Source: Puccinia triticina (Eukaryota). Taken from it: a stretch of 64,000 nt of DNA. The notes beneath the pieces are model-generated. The model was given only the letters and a program-made list of their open reading frames with translations. It was not told where the DNA came from and searched no databases. The stretch covers positions 1,488,001 to 1,552,000 of the forward strand of contig CP110440.1 of the NCBI GenBank assembly GCA_026914245.1. The letters run 5' to 3'. The position numbers and the translations under genes are program-made. This document shows positions 50,563 to 64,000 of this stretch, one piece after another. Each line of letters opens with the position of its first letter. Position 1 is the stretch's first letter.

Positions 50563-50973
50563 TTAAAGGTTGAGTTTTGTTCGGCGCCAGTGTCTGCGCT
50601 TGGCGTTGTAGGTGACTGGAAGCAGAAGAAAGGATCGCCATCAACATCCTTAACGATTTGTAGAGTGAAGCGAGTCAGAGAGTTTGAGGCAGAAAGTGAA
50701 GATCGCGAGCCCACTCTTAGCGTCGGTTTTCAATCGGCACCATTGAGGGATAGGTCTTGAGAGTAAGGCAAAAGGAAGTTTGATTAGTTGGACTCTGGTG
50801 GAAAACGTGTTGATGAAGGTGGAGTGAGAGCTGACCTGTTTTGGACCTGGGCCTTAGCAAGGCATCGTTTGACGCGGAATGTCTTGTTCGATGACTAAAA
50901 GGAAAGAGTCAAATAAAGGACGTTGGTTAGCTGAATTGGGCAGTGCTAGGACGAGCGGGTGTGAACTTACCAT
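50563..50973 (-). CDS. RPL39: 60S ribosomal protein L39 (4 exons)
   Basis: Spliced: M/SSNKTFRVKRCLAKAQVQNR/PIPQWCRLKTDAK/ITYNAKRRHWRRTKLNL*; canonical GT-AG introns. Confidence 0.96.
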
Positions 50974-51165
50974 GCTGCAGGGTGAATGTTAAATATGTGC
51001 TGGCCTACTCGAGTTGGACTTGCCAGGGACTCAGGTGCCCTCAGCTGGAATGTCAAGGTCAGGTTTTGCCGGCGTCATGCGCACCGAGCCAGAAGTAAAT
51101 CACCGCGCGGCGCGGGTGCAAAACTTGAGCGCGGGCAAGTTTTCGGGGTCCAACCGCTGCCCGCC

Positions 51166-54100
51166 CAAGTTCAAAGCGTGGTGGAACAATGACATCCTCG
51201 CACCAATCACTAATAAAAGGAATCAAGCTCGCAAATGGATGCTGATCGCCCATTCGGTTCAAGCAAGCGATTGCTACCAGTATTGGCAAGCAGTTTTCAA
51301 AAACAAGGTACTCGAGCTAAAAAGAAACCACTGGCGTAAATTCCTGGCGGAAAGTAAAGATCATCAGATTTTTCAGGCTTATAAATTCACTAAACCCAGT
51401 AGCAACGGTAACATCGCTCCGCTATTAAATGAAAATGATGAACTTACTTCTATTAAAGAGGAACAGGCTCACCTTTTGTTTAAAGGGACTTCGGAAGTCC
51501 CTATTGACTGTGACATCAGTGATATTCAGCCACCCGACTTCGCTAACTATTTTTTTCCCCCCGCTATCTCTATCCCTGAAGTCGATAATATCATATCTAA
51601 GCTTCCAAAAAAAAAAGCATGCGGTCATGACGATATCGCCAACGAAGTTCTAATCTGGAGTAAAAAAATCATTACCCCTTTACTGATTAAACTCTTTTCG
51701 GCTTGTCTTCATCTGGGCTATTTCCCTAAATATTGGAGGCATGCCATTACGGTTATCATCCGAAAAGCTGACAAGGATTCATATGCTCTCCCTGGGTCCT
51801 ACAGACCAATAGCACTACTATCGTGTTTGGGGAAAGTATTCAAAAGCTTACTTACTAGAAGAATTACCTTCTGGGCGGAAAACAGTAACATCTTAGCGTA
51901 CGGCCATTTTGGTGGAAGATCCAATCGATGCACAGACGATGCCAATATTTTCCTTTCATCCTGGATTCGACAGAAATGGAGAGAAAATAAGATCGTTTCA
52001 GCTCTGTTTCTGGATGTCAAATCTGCTTACCCTTCGGTCATTAAAGATCGTCTTATTGATACTCTTACCAAATATAATATCCCGACATACCTGGCAGCCA
52101 TCATTCATTCTATCCTTTCTGATCGCACAACCTCGCTTCGGATGGATGATTATCTTTCCCCTTCCTTTGATCTAAAGTGTGGTCTTCCTCAGGGATCACC
52201 GCTTTCACCCATTCTTTATATAATCTATAACTCTGGCCTTCTTATTAGTAACTCACTTGATCTTTACCAGGATAAGATATCCCTGGGCTTTATTGACGAT
52301 GTTACCCATTTTGTTGCCGAGAATCGACTCGAAAATGCGACTTCTGTTCTCGAAAGTGAAGGTCAACGGTTGTTAGACTGGGGCAAAAAACATAATGCAA
52401 TATTCGATAAGAAGAAAGCAAATTTCATGATTTTCACTCACCGATCGATTCAATCTCGTCCATTTCGTCTTGGTGAGATTGAAATGAATCGTTTGGATAC
52501 GGTCAAATACCTCGGTGTCATTCTTGACTCTCGCCTCTCTTTCAAACTCCACCTGGATAAAGTCAAAAAGTGCGGTGTCAACACAATCAGTCAACTCAAC
52601 AGAATATCTCGTTGTTCTTTTGGATTAGGTTTGCAACAAACCCGTAATTTGATCATTAGTGTTCTTCGCTCTCGAGTTCTTTATGGAAGTCCGGTTTGGG
52701 CCTCTAAAAGGAACAAATCATCAGTCAAAAACATCATCGGTAAAATAAATAATCAGGCTAACAGAGTTATTTTGGGGGTTTTCAAAACCACTCCGTGCAA
52801 ATTCCTCGATAGAGACTCACCGCTAATTCCTTTCTTTGAGATTTTAAAAAGAAAGAATCATTTATATCTTTGTAAAAAATTATCAGCCACAGTCGATCAT
52901 CCCATTAAACGCCTTATTCAAAATGAAATCAATAACACACCACGAAGTCACCGATCGTCTATCCATAATGTTCTCGACAAACATCTCATCTCGGAATACG
53001 ATTTTCAATCGCTCGAGACCATCCAACAACACATTATTCCACCATGGTCAAATTTCAAAATTGACATCGACAATCTAAATATTAATAAAGATAAAGCAAA
53101 AGGAGTTGTCACTAATCAAATTTCTGAGAAAAAGAATAAAAATGAGATCTTATTATTTACAGATGGGTCGAATATTCCAGATCAAGGAGCAGCTTCGGCG
53201 GCCCTTCTCAATAATCAATTTTCATTTTCCTGTCGGATAAACGATTCCGATAAAGTTTCTGCTTTTGAGGCGGAAGTTCAAGCGGTTAATATCGGTCTTG
53301 ATATGATCAAAAATGAATTCATCAAAAATAATCTACCTTTTTCGAATCGAATCAGCATTTATTGCGACAATCAGGCCACCCTTCAAGTCATCGGTCTTCC
53401 ACCTCAATCAAAATCTAATCAATCAGTTTTTATTCAGATCTTTGAAAAACTCGAATTTCTAATTTCAATACTTCAATTCTCGATCTCGCTTTGTTGGTGT
53501 CCGGCGCATGTCGATATCCTGGAAAACGAGAAGGTGGATAGGCTCGCTAAAACCGCCACAGAAGGAAATTTACTATTCGATCTCGATCCACAACCTAGGA
53601 CGCTTTCAAACATTCAGCAGTTAATCCGGTCGAAGTTCAAATTCAAAAAGAATAAACGGTCGATCATCCGTAATCAAATTTCACTCACGAATTCTCCAAT
53701 CAAAATTTTTAATGCGTTAAATCATCTCGAGAGAGGTTTAAGCTCGACTATTTACCAACTTCGGTCGGGTCACTCTCCTCTTAACGACTTCTTATTTCAT
53801 ATCGACAAACTCGATTCACCTAATTGCGACTTTTGTCATTCACCGGAAACCGTCAAACACTATCTTATCGACTGCAGAAAGTATCGAATCCAAAGAAGAA
53901 GATTCAGATCAACATTAATAGCAAATAAAATCAAGATTAATCCAAATTCAATAAAAGACTTACTCGATAACACTTCGACCTTCGAATCACTCTCAAAATT
54001 TATTATCGATACCAAACGATTTAAAAACATCAAAACATATATCGAGGAAGAAAATTAAATATTTATCAGCTTCTCTCAATTTCATTCTCTTTTTATTTTT

Positions 54101-54562
54101 TCTGTTTCGTTATCAATTTACTTACCGCTTTTTAGTTGTGTTTCGTTTAGCATGTACTCGGTGGGAGAGATCGGGCTGGTTCCTAGCGGGGGTCGGGTTC
54201 GGTCTACTTCCTGCCCGTTTACATCACCAGGGTATGTGGTTTGGGCAACCACATAACACGCTGTTTGGGACGCAGTTGTGACGGAAGTTGGCTGGATTCG
54301 GCTTTCGCGAAGTTTCAGACTCGATTAAAAGAGATGGATTTTCTAGTTATCATTTTCTTTGGCCGCGTCTTTTTCTTTCTTTCCTTTTTTTCCAAAAACC
54401 ACTCGGATCGAAACCAGTCACATTCAACGCTACAAATAACCATTAGTTATTCAATCATGTACTTTTTCATAAACATCATCGCATGTATCTACATAATCCA
54501 GTATTCACCTAGTGCGCAATGTCAAAACAATAAGCACTAAAAAAAAAAAAAAAAAAAAAAAA
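51166..54562 (+). mobile_element. Tad1-like LINE copy B, 5'-truncated, young
   Basis: TSD AACCGCTGCCCGCC (51152-51165, 54563-54576), poly(A) tail, uninterrupted RT (FIDD)-RNase H-CCHC frame to 54058; no endonuclease or ORF1. Confidence 0.97.
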
Positions 54563-55030
54563 AACCGCTGCCCGCCTTCTGCCGCTCCAAACGCTCGATC
54601 TCATCCTCCAGCTTTCGTCCCCACCGCCATCGCGCTCGTCCTCCTCGGCCATCGCCACCACCCTCTTTGCTTATCTCCGGCTGCTGGTTGTACTCAGCTC
54701 AATGGCCAAGACTTTCTCTAGGCACTCCTCCTACCAAGCGGCCTCGACCAGAACCCGGAGATCGCCTGGAACTAGAAGCCCGCTTCCATCAACCCTCCTC
54801 AACCTGCTGACCCTATTATCATCTGGCCCAGACGGTGTTCAATCCCCCTTTTTCTCTGCTCTCTATTGTGTCATGAAGAATCCTCGAATTGATTTATGTT
54901 GCAAATTTATGTGATATCAAAATAGTTTGAGGCTGAAAGAATTTTGAGGCACTGCCCAACTCGCCGGAGGCCAGCAAGGCTGCTGAGCAGCCACCCCTAG
55001 ACGCGCACCTGCTCAAGAGCGCTGTCAACC

Positions 55031-56387
55031 CTATCCACAACACCGCTTTTGATTGTGGCTATTATTAGGGAGGGGAAAACTGGTTCCAGGCCGTTGTTGA
55101 TTCGAGCGGTTCTGGAGATCCAATCGTCCAGACTCATAAATCTTTCGGGCAACCTTAGCAAAGGCCTATTTTGATCACCAGAAAAAAACATGTGTAGATA
55201 ACTTCAGTGTTTGGCGATGTTAGAAGATCAAGTCCGGAAGATGCAGAGATGCTCAACTTCTTCGACGTTTGCACCGGTTTTCGCACTCGTTTCGATATAT
55301 TCGAGTCCTCTTTCGTGGGCCCAACTCAAAGCTTCATCATGAGTGACTTGTCGAGATGCTGCTGGAGGGTGGCCAGAATCATCGCCCGTCGAGGGACACA
55401 GATCCGATTTATTTCCGACAACAACCACCGTTAGATCCGGGTCTCCGTATGACTTCAGATCCTCGTGCCACTGTGAGAGGTTGAGAAACGATTGCCGATG
55501 GGTTGTGTCGAACACTAGTAGGGCTCCGGCTGCTCCGCGGTACTATCAATCGATCAATGTTTCCGGAAGTTAAAATCCCGTTTGCCAGCTGGACTTGAAT
55601 CTGATACTGATATTGCCAAATTAAACACCTGAAGCGGAGCAATCTGATCAGTCAGCATGTTTTAGGGACAAAATTTGGACAGGTCAAGACTAGCGGAGTT
55701 TGGTAAAAGCGCACCCACATATGACCGAGTGATTGATCGGAAGCTTTCCTGTCTTCAAGAGAGCAACAGGATACACCGTAAGTGATCGTGCACAAGATTG
55801 AAGCGAATGCCATCAAATCATGATTGGCAGCGGAATTGAATAGAAAGAAGTCTCAGCATAAGCGGTGATTAATTAGTAAGAGTCGAAACACATACCCGGC
55901 GGTATCCCAAACTTGAGCCTTGATAGTTTTTCCGTTCGGCAGGGAGATTAATGATGCGCCAAACTCTACACCAATCTATTCCAGTTGCATTTTTGTTTAT
56001 TGGTTTGTAATGAGAAATTCTTGTCAGTTGTGTGAGTTTTGATGAGATAAGGTAGGTTGAGAACGTTAACTCAAACGGTTGGATCTGATTGACCTAAAAA
56101 CCGTTTATCAGTCAGTTGAACCAATAGCGAAGATTTGCCTGTACTCGAATCTCCGACTACCACCTTCATAGTCCATATAATCGTGTTTTGTTGAAGAACA
56201 CTTTGGATCAGAGATCTGGCTACTTTCATTCAATCGTGCTATGCGGAGGTTGCTTACAAATTTCATGACCTATAAGTTTTCCAAGAATCCAATTGAGTGT
56301 GACACGGCCAATAAGGGGAAAAACAAGATGTGAGCTGATTATTGGCGGGTGGAGCTGGAGAGTACTGACGTAATCCCATGTGGCCAT
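55031..56387 (-). CDS. Rab-family GTPase (Rab2-like, multi-exon)
   Basis: MATWDY/VMKF/VVVGDSSTGKS, WDTAG/QESFRSITRSY/YRGAAGALLV, GNKSDL, ETSAK, C-terminal KRCCG*. Confidence 0.92.
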
Positions 56388-56623
56388 GATTGAGGAAGCT
56401 GCGAAAGCGTGAAAGCTGGTATGAGGATGTCGTTGGCCGAGTTGGAGTGGGTGGCGTTGATGGGTGATGTGAAGCTGCTCGAGGTCAGCTCAACTCCAGT
56501 CATCGTGACGGACCGGGTCACGGGGGGCAGGGCCCCGTGTCTTGTTGACCTGACACGCTACTTGCACACATTGAAGCTGCAGAGATTCCTTCAGAGAGTT
56601 GGTCAACAAGAATTCGATTGACG

Positions 56624-59600
56624 ATGAGCGGCTCAACCTCGAAAGCGTCAAGCAAACTGAAACAATCCACCCTTGGTGTAAGCACACGATGAGATACATA
56701 AGCTTGTCTTTTGTGGCGGGAGAACTCATTTAACCGGTCAAGAACTGATTCGGAGATTTTCTGCTTGAGAAGGGCTTTTTCCAAAAATCGGCTCCAGTCA
56801 AGAAGAGCACAACAGCCCTGTCCTCCGATTCACGAGCCAACAACCTTAGTAGTGATCCGGACACAAAACCCCTAGCACAGTCGAATGATGATATGGATGA
56901 AGATGAAGATGAAGGGATAGTCGAAAGGTCTCGTACTGCCGCCCGGGGCAAGCGTAAAAGTGTCGTAGTGGCTGGTAGCTCGAGCGAGGATGAGGAGCCT
57001 CCAGGTTAGTTGTTGTTATTTTTACCTCAGGCCCAAATTTCCTACTTTTCCTTGTTTTCTCTACGGTTTCTGCCTGTGGATCAATGTGTTGAACTATGTT
57101 TCTTGCTTTGATTTGGTACTTTCTATACGCATAAACAAATGCATTTTTCGTAACCTCAAGCATCGCGATCTCGGCTGCCCGCAAGCAAGAAGGCACGCTA
57201 TTCATGTGCGTCATCGGCTTCTGGCGCCTCTACTCCCAAAAGTGCTGGGGACGGATTCTCTAGTCACGCGAGTACTGCTGGTCCCAGTAAGTGACCAACC
57301 TGAATCTGCACGTAGGGTTCTAGTCACTTACTTTTGTTTATATAATTCAGGTGAAGCTGATGATGATGACCTCGAGGATGAGGATGATAATCCTGGCTTC
57401 AAACCCAAGTCCAAGCTTTTGGCCACCAAGTCTACCAAATCATCGTCGTCTACCAAATTGAAGTCCGGACAATCTGCAACCAATCCTGACAAAGCAGCTG
57501 GTGGTGCCGAAGCTCCCTGGAAACAAGGACCCTGGGCTTTTCTCCGTGATATAAAAGATGTAAGAAGCCAGGACGAAATGACTGCCCTTTCTAGCTCTAC
57601 AATTAGTCAGCTCCTCAACCGACTCCTCTGCACTCATGCCAGGCCGATGGAAACCCGATGGGATCTCCAGAATATGATCCCAGAACATTGCACATTTCGA
57701 AAAAAGATTGGGCTTCTATGACTCCGTTCGAGGTCCAGTTTTGGGAAATCAAACGAAGTGCGCTAACTCTTTAAAATCTAATTCTTGAACATGTTATTGA
57801 CCATGTTATTCCCATCAGATCACTTTGATACAGTCTTATTTTTCCAAAAAGGCGAGCATACATCCCATTGTGTAGCTTTCAAGGTGGAATCACGCTGATT
57901 TTAATTTGGATGAAAACATTATTAGGCAAATTTTCCGAGCTTTACGAAGGAGACGCTTTGATTGGACATCAGGAATTTGATCTGAAGATAACCAAGCGTG
58001 TCAAAATGGTGATGCGCTACATTTTCACTCCTTTCTCGCCAAATAATGGACATCCGGGACCTAACCCAACTAACATGACAATTGCGATAATCACTCCTTT
58101 CACGCGTAGTCTATGGTTGGGGTACCCGAAAGTTCGGTGGATTTTTGGATTGCAAAATTTCTTGCCAAAGGCTACAAGGTAATCTGACGTTTAGAGACTC
58201 CTGATGTATTCAGCGCTAATCACATGAAAAATCTGCATCCAATCATTGCGGTTGTGTTACAGGTCGGAAAAGTCGATCAGTGTGAGACCGCCCTGGGTGC
58301 CGAAATGAGGAATAAAGGTAGCCTGCCTGCCTCAAAGTATGCTAAGCCACCACCACAACAAAAGGGATCAGGCAAGGAAATCGTCAGAAGGGAGTTGAGG
58401 AGTGTCGTCACTTCGGGCACAATCGTCGACGGTAGTATATTGACCGACGATGCAGCTACTTGCTTATTAGCCATCAAGGTATGGCTCATTTCCTCAATCC
58501 AGTCTCTAATATGTGTCAGTGACATCATGCTGAGGCTAACTTTGTAATATCCAGGAAAACTACAACTCTTCGGATTTTCCTGTGTAAGGCAATCATATTT
58601 CAAATTATGTTCGAGAATCTGAACACTAACACGCTCTCACCGAATTTTTATTAACTCAACAATAAGCTTTGGTGTAATAATCATGGACGCTGCCACAGCG
58701 GAATTTAACTTGACACATTTTGAAGACTCTGCAAACAGGACACATCTCGAGACCATCATGAGTCGGTTCAAACCCAAGGAGATTCTGCATGAAAAATCTG
58801 GTCTATCGCCGGCCACCTTGCGAGTCCTGCGGAATACAGCATCTTCCGATTGTACTTGGACCGCTCTCAAAAGCGACGAATTTTTGGAGCCCGAAGAATG
58901 TGTTTGCAGATTGACGGAGCTCTTCCAAGAGTCCGGAGGTCAGATCCCTGAAGTCTTTAAATCTTTCAATAGCAAAGTGGAAACCATGCAAGCTCTGGGT
59001 GGGCTGTTGTGGTACCTCAAGCAACTGAACCTCGACAAGGATCTGCTCACTTGTAAGAATGTGTAAGTAGGGATCTTGTAATCGCTTGGCTCTTTCTTTG
59101 TTCCGTAGAGCTGATTTGTTTCCCTCTAGCAAGGTGATGGATGCTTTTCGCTGCAGTAAGACCATGCATCTGGACGGCAAGACCATTTCTGATCTTGAGC
59201 TCCTTCAAAGCGATGGAAGCGAAGAGAGTCGACTCTTGAAATTATTAAACCGCTGTGTTACCTCGTTTGGTGATTTGAATTTCCCACGATCAATAGCATT
59301 AACATGATCTCAAGACTTATCTTGTTTGCCATCAAACCTGCTAGGCAAACGACTTTTTAGACATTGGCTCTGCTCTCCTTTGCAGGACGCTGATGCGATT
59401 CGAGCTCGACTGGACGCGGTAGACTTCCTCATGAGCCACCCCTCCTTTGAGAAAACGTTTAGTGCTCTTTCGGGCCTGCCGGACTTGGAACGATTGATCA
59501 GCCGAGTTCACGCGGGTGCATGTACCGTACCCAACTTCCTCAAGGTACTGGAAGCGTTCAAAAAGATTTACAAAACCACTCAAGAGCTTCGCCAGCTCAT

Positions 59601-61625
59601 CGATGAGACACCAGCCATCTTACTTCAAGAGTTACTGGACTCGCTCCCAGATGTTGAGAAGCTACTCCAGAACCTTGAAGACATGTTTACCCTAAACGAT
59701 GATCGTCGAGAACTTTTACCTCTTGAAGGAAAAGATGAGTCTTACGATATGGCTTTAGAGGAAGAAAGAGAGGCGGAGAAGGCGCTCAAGGCTGAATTAA
59801 AGGCGGCTAAAAAGTTGCTCAAGTAAGCGCTCAAGCTGACAATTGATTCAATTTGACTCACTCTCATCTTATCGTCAGCTGACTGAGAGCTTAATTTTTA
59901 ACATTTTATGGAACATCAGAACTGAAGATGTGGTTTACAAAGATATCGGAATCAAAGATATTTATCAAATTCAGGTCAGCGTTAAAGTCAAGCCGCCGTC
60001 GAACTGGACTAAAATGTCAGGAACCAAAGATTGCGCGCGTTACTATAGCCCACAATCTGCCCAACTTGTCAAAAAGCTGAAACAAGCACGCGAGAAGAAG
60101 TCATGTGCACTCAAGGATTTCCATTTAAAGGTGACCTGACTTAACGCATCTATGATCTGAGCATTCACCAGACTGACTTTTTCCAATCTATTCAGGTTTT
60201 TCTGGCGTTTGATGAGGATTATCTGACCTGGCTGCAAGTGGTCAAGTCGATTGCGCAATTAGATTGCGTGCTCTCCCTGGCGAAAGCCTCGATTGCACTG
60301 GGCGAAACGACCTGTCGGCCGCAGATTGTTGACTCGGCTGAGGCAATGGTCAAGTTTGTCACGCTCCGACACCCATGCACTGTTGGTCGAGACGACAGCG
60401 ACTTCATCTCGAACGATGTCTCGGTGGGCGGAGATGAATGTCGGATGATCCTCCTCACCGGTCCTAATATGTACTTCAGCATCTGTCGTCGTCTCCAGCT
60501 AAGCGTGGTCGACAAATCGCTCATGCGAATCTTGCTTCTCTTTTGCGCTTCAGGGCCGGGAAATCAACATTGCTTAGAATGACGTGTGTTGCCACTATCT
60601 TGGCACAGATCGGGTGCTATGTTCCTGCGGAAAGCGCGATCATTTCTCCGGTCGACCGTATCTGTACTCGTATGGGTGCCAGGTTTGTTGATCCAATTAT
60701 TACTTTGATTTGTTTTGATAACTAGGCTAATCTGACTTGTGAACGAAAACGATCAGTGATCACATTTTCGCACATGCTAGTACATTTAAGGGTGAGAACG
60801 CATAGCCTTCATATTGCATTCATCTATCTATAAGTCAAAATAGCACTCAAAGTTTACATTTGCCAAATTTGTGTTCAGTCGAGATGGATGATGCTTGTAA
60901 AATCCTTAAGGAGGCGACTTCGAAATCCCTGGTAATCCTTGATGAACTCGGTCGAGGTACCAGCACCTTTGATGGACATGCGATTGCGTTCGCCGTGTTG
61001 TAAGGCTGCGACCCACATCAACTTGATCAATCCCTTTGGTGTGAGACTTATGTTGATGTGTTATTGATTCTGTGAATGGTTTCTGAAGGCATCGACTGGC
61101 GACCCATTCAAACTGTCTGGGCTTCTTTGCTACTCATTATTCAGCACTTACAGAAGACTTCCAAGCACATGCCAATGTCGCCACTAAGTACATGCTCACC
61201 AATGTTGATGAAGTAACTCGAGAAGTGGTGTTTCTGTACAAGCTCGCTTCCGGGTAAGTTCGCTGGACTTAGATCAACGGTCGTCTAGAGTCTAAATAAA
61301 TTTTCTCTCCTTAATTTGGTTCAAATTATCCAGTGTCTCGCCGCGTTCCTATGGACCGCATGTAGCCAAGATGGCAGGGATTCCAAGCAAGATCGTCCAA
61401 CGGGCAATCTCAATCAGTGAAGAGTTTGAAAAAGAAACCAAGAACCGACAGCTTTCGACTAAACAGTCTGACCATCGACTCAACCTAGTCTTACAAGCTG
61501 ACACCGCATTCCTGATCAATTTGGTCAAGAAAGGCGGCTTTGCTGATCCCGCTTCTGTCAAGGAAAACTTAAACACACTCGACCGTATCCTAAGTGGCAT
61601 TCAAAAGTTTAACTTTCGTAACTGA
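56624..61625 (+). CDS. MSH6: DNA mismatch repair protein MSH6 (multi-exon)
   Basis: KQSTL N-terminus, [60 protein letters not shown]. Confidence 0.95.
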
Positions 61626-62470
61626 TTATATTTCTTTCATATGTTCTCACTCTTCAAGTTATTAACGCTGCTTCATTTATTCATACTTACCCAAGTAGCT
61701 TACGTCAATCTCCGATTTATTTACCTTGTTTACTCCACAGCTCCAGCTCCCAGTAGTCTTTCCTGATTTTGATCATGAAATGAATTGCGTCGTTCTTAGT
61801 TTCTACATCTTCGGAACAGATTAAGGGCCTGTACCACCGCGGGCCCGATTTTCAAAATCAATTTTCACCTGTTTTCATTTGTGCGCTTTTTCAAAAACGG
61901 GTGCTGAAAACACCTCCAAAATCACGTACCACAAGAAACTCCACCCCATGAAGCTCTCACATCACCCCACCCACTGCCTCACTCCCTCCGGATCAATCTA
62001 CCCGGTGCTCTCTCGGTCCTTCACAAACTGTCACATTCTTGGACTGATACAATTGTCTCGGAACAATTTGATGGCAAGCTTAACTGAGCCTCTCGACAAG
62101 CGTCTCCGAAAGAGGCTTGCGGGTAAAGTCGGAGGTGGCCTGAGAAGATTGAGGTTTTCTTGATATTTTGTTGCTTTTTTACTTCAACATCATGAAGCAC
62201 CCTCAACATCTGAAAGGAGTTTACCTTCAGGTTCTTGCCTATCTTTTTTTTCAAAAAACTATCAACATAAGTGGAGGACTTCCTATGGGGATTTAGAGAG
62301 CTCTAGATGCCTCTCTAAATCCTAAATTAACCCAACTGTCAGTGTAAGGTTTTCACCAGGCTTTCACCCTTACCCAAACTGAATGCACTAGAAACAGATG
62401 TACTCATGTTTATACATAGTAGAGTTTACTCATATCGTTTCCTTTCTTCCCAAAGCTGGGCTACAGTTTG

Positions 62471-62717
62471 ACGCTGCAAGAAAAACTCTAGAAAATGCTA
62501 GCAGTTGAGATGCAGAAGCTCAAAGGAAGCTTGATGTGATACTCAAGCCTTTCTCAAAGGTTATTTCAACCAAGGTCAAATGCACAGTCACTGTGCACAC
62601 TGCACAGTAACTGTGCATGAAAGGGCATGATGTAATTATGTGGAGTTAAAATGGCAGTGACACTGGAGTATGCTGCCTGTCAACTGCTGGCAGTTTCTAG
62701 AGTTTTTCTTTTAGTGT
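62471..62717. mobile_element. MITE-like inverted-repeat element
   Basis: AAGAAAAACTCTAGAAA...GCAGTTGA inverted at both ends; central TGCACAGTNACTGTGCA palindromes; TSD not resolved. Confidence 0.6.
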
Positions 62718-63764
62718 AAGCTTCCCCTTTTCCCTGCTTATAACAACACATACTGAAATATCATTCTTTTATATAGAATTCCGGCCTTTGGCCCTAGGCC
62801 ACCAAACCTGATGCACTATCCCACAGGATGGACCTTACCCACATACTTGGTGAAAAGCTAACATTAAAACTTTTAAAACGGAGCAACAACACGGAACAGA
62901 CATTTGCAGAAGTGGGGTAGTTCAAAACCTGGTTTGAAGACAATTCAATTGATTTGGAACAAGCGGAGTACTGGTTTGAGGTTGATGAGCTTGGGATTTG
63001 AGTGGAAGAGGCGGAGGAGGAGGAGGAGGGTTTGGCCATTTTGGATGTGGAAATCATTTCCAAGATCAAGTAAATGACTCTGCTTGACCCTTAACTGACC
63101 AAATGGCTTTGTTTTTTGAATACACTGGCAGGAAAAAACGGCGGATACTAAGGATGCCATAATCAGACAGGCCAGGCCGGGCAAAATAACCTGAATTTGG
63201 TGTCCAACCCAAACCTGTGTCTGCCTCATTGCAGACACGGGCTTCTCAGTGGCGCCCGGCCAGGCTAGTCGGTTAGCCCATGTACAGGCCACCCAAGATG
63301 GCCCATGGGCCAAGGTCAATGAAGTGAAAATAGGCAAGATCTTTGAATTTCTGGGCTTTAGCAAACATCTAGGACTCATTTTTGGACAGTGGAAAAGAGT
63401 GTTTGCCTTCTTGAATTGTCAATATCTAGCTTGTTGTCATCCACATTTGTACTATCTGGTATCTGCTTAGGGTCAGTCTAAATGCACCCCAAAAATTTAC
63501 TTCATGTACACCAACATTTTGGTGTACCCACATGTGCACCCCAATATTACTGTTGTGCACTTCTGGAGTACCACAATTTATTGGTGCGCAGACCTGCTTA
63601 CCCCAAAAACATTGGGGTGCAGGTGTTAAAACCCCCAGACTGCTTCAATTTTTGGGGTGAAATCTATTGTACACCAAATGAAATGGTGTACATAAGTAGC
63701 GCACCCCATCAAGGCAAGTTACTCCCCCACCCACCCGCCTGGCTTGTTAGACCTGCACACAGCT

Positions 63765-64000
63765 GTCATCAAGGGGAGTAGCACCCCTCAATGACCAACA
63801 CAGACCGGTCATCAAGGGTGCTACTCCCATCAATGACCCGCACAATTGTTCATTGAGGGGAGTAGCACCTCCCCTCAATGACCAATACAGACCGGTCATC
63901 AAGGGTGCTACTCCCCTCAATGACCAGCACAATCGTTCATCAAGGGGAGTAGCACCTCCCCTCAATGGCCGGCACAGATTGGTCATTGAGGGGAGGAATC
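63765..64000. repeat. palindromic tandem repeat (~80-bp period), probably internal to a DNA transposon
   Basis: Repeated GGGGAGTAGCACC...CTCAATGACC...GGTCATCAAGGGTGCTACTCCC. Confidence 0.7.

Noticed and set aside
51014..51165. N-terminus of the 1014-aa ORF as a native LINE domain
   Set aside because: It lies outside the TSD and is flanking DNA that happens to be in frame; the listed start is TTG.

Overview
Eukaryotic, intron-rich fungal DNA. The gene set, the transposon repertoire and the TCG>TTG decay point to a rust fungus (Pucciniales, probably Puccinia); this is inferred, not searched. The left ~26 kb is a nested transposon stack built on one degenerate Tad1-like LINE (12861-26239). The LINE is hit by three related non-autonomous Helitrons, a fold-back MULE with a nested MITE, and a Harbinger-like MITE. 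The first Helitron runs off the left edge and appears to contain a copia element and a CACA-TIR element that splits a secreted-protein gene and carries an intron-bearing AGC1 fragment. Two of the Helitrons carry CX5R phosphatase gene pieces. All three share an outward-facing TATA / two-hairpin / AATAAA cassette at the 5' end. The copia LTR holds a 65-bp unit repeated exactly at splice junctions. The middle holds tRNA-Pro, GPD1 and a candidate effector family with one- and two-module versions, the latter disrupted by an intact-looking hAT. The right half holds housekeeping genes (cytochrome c, LSM4, RPL39, Rab2-like, MSH6), a young 5'-truncated LINE with TSD, and an unexplained tandem pair of long G-U-rich hairpins at ~49 kb.
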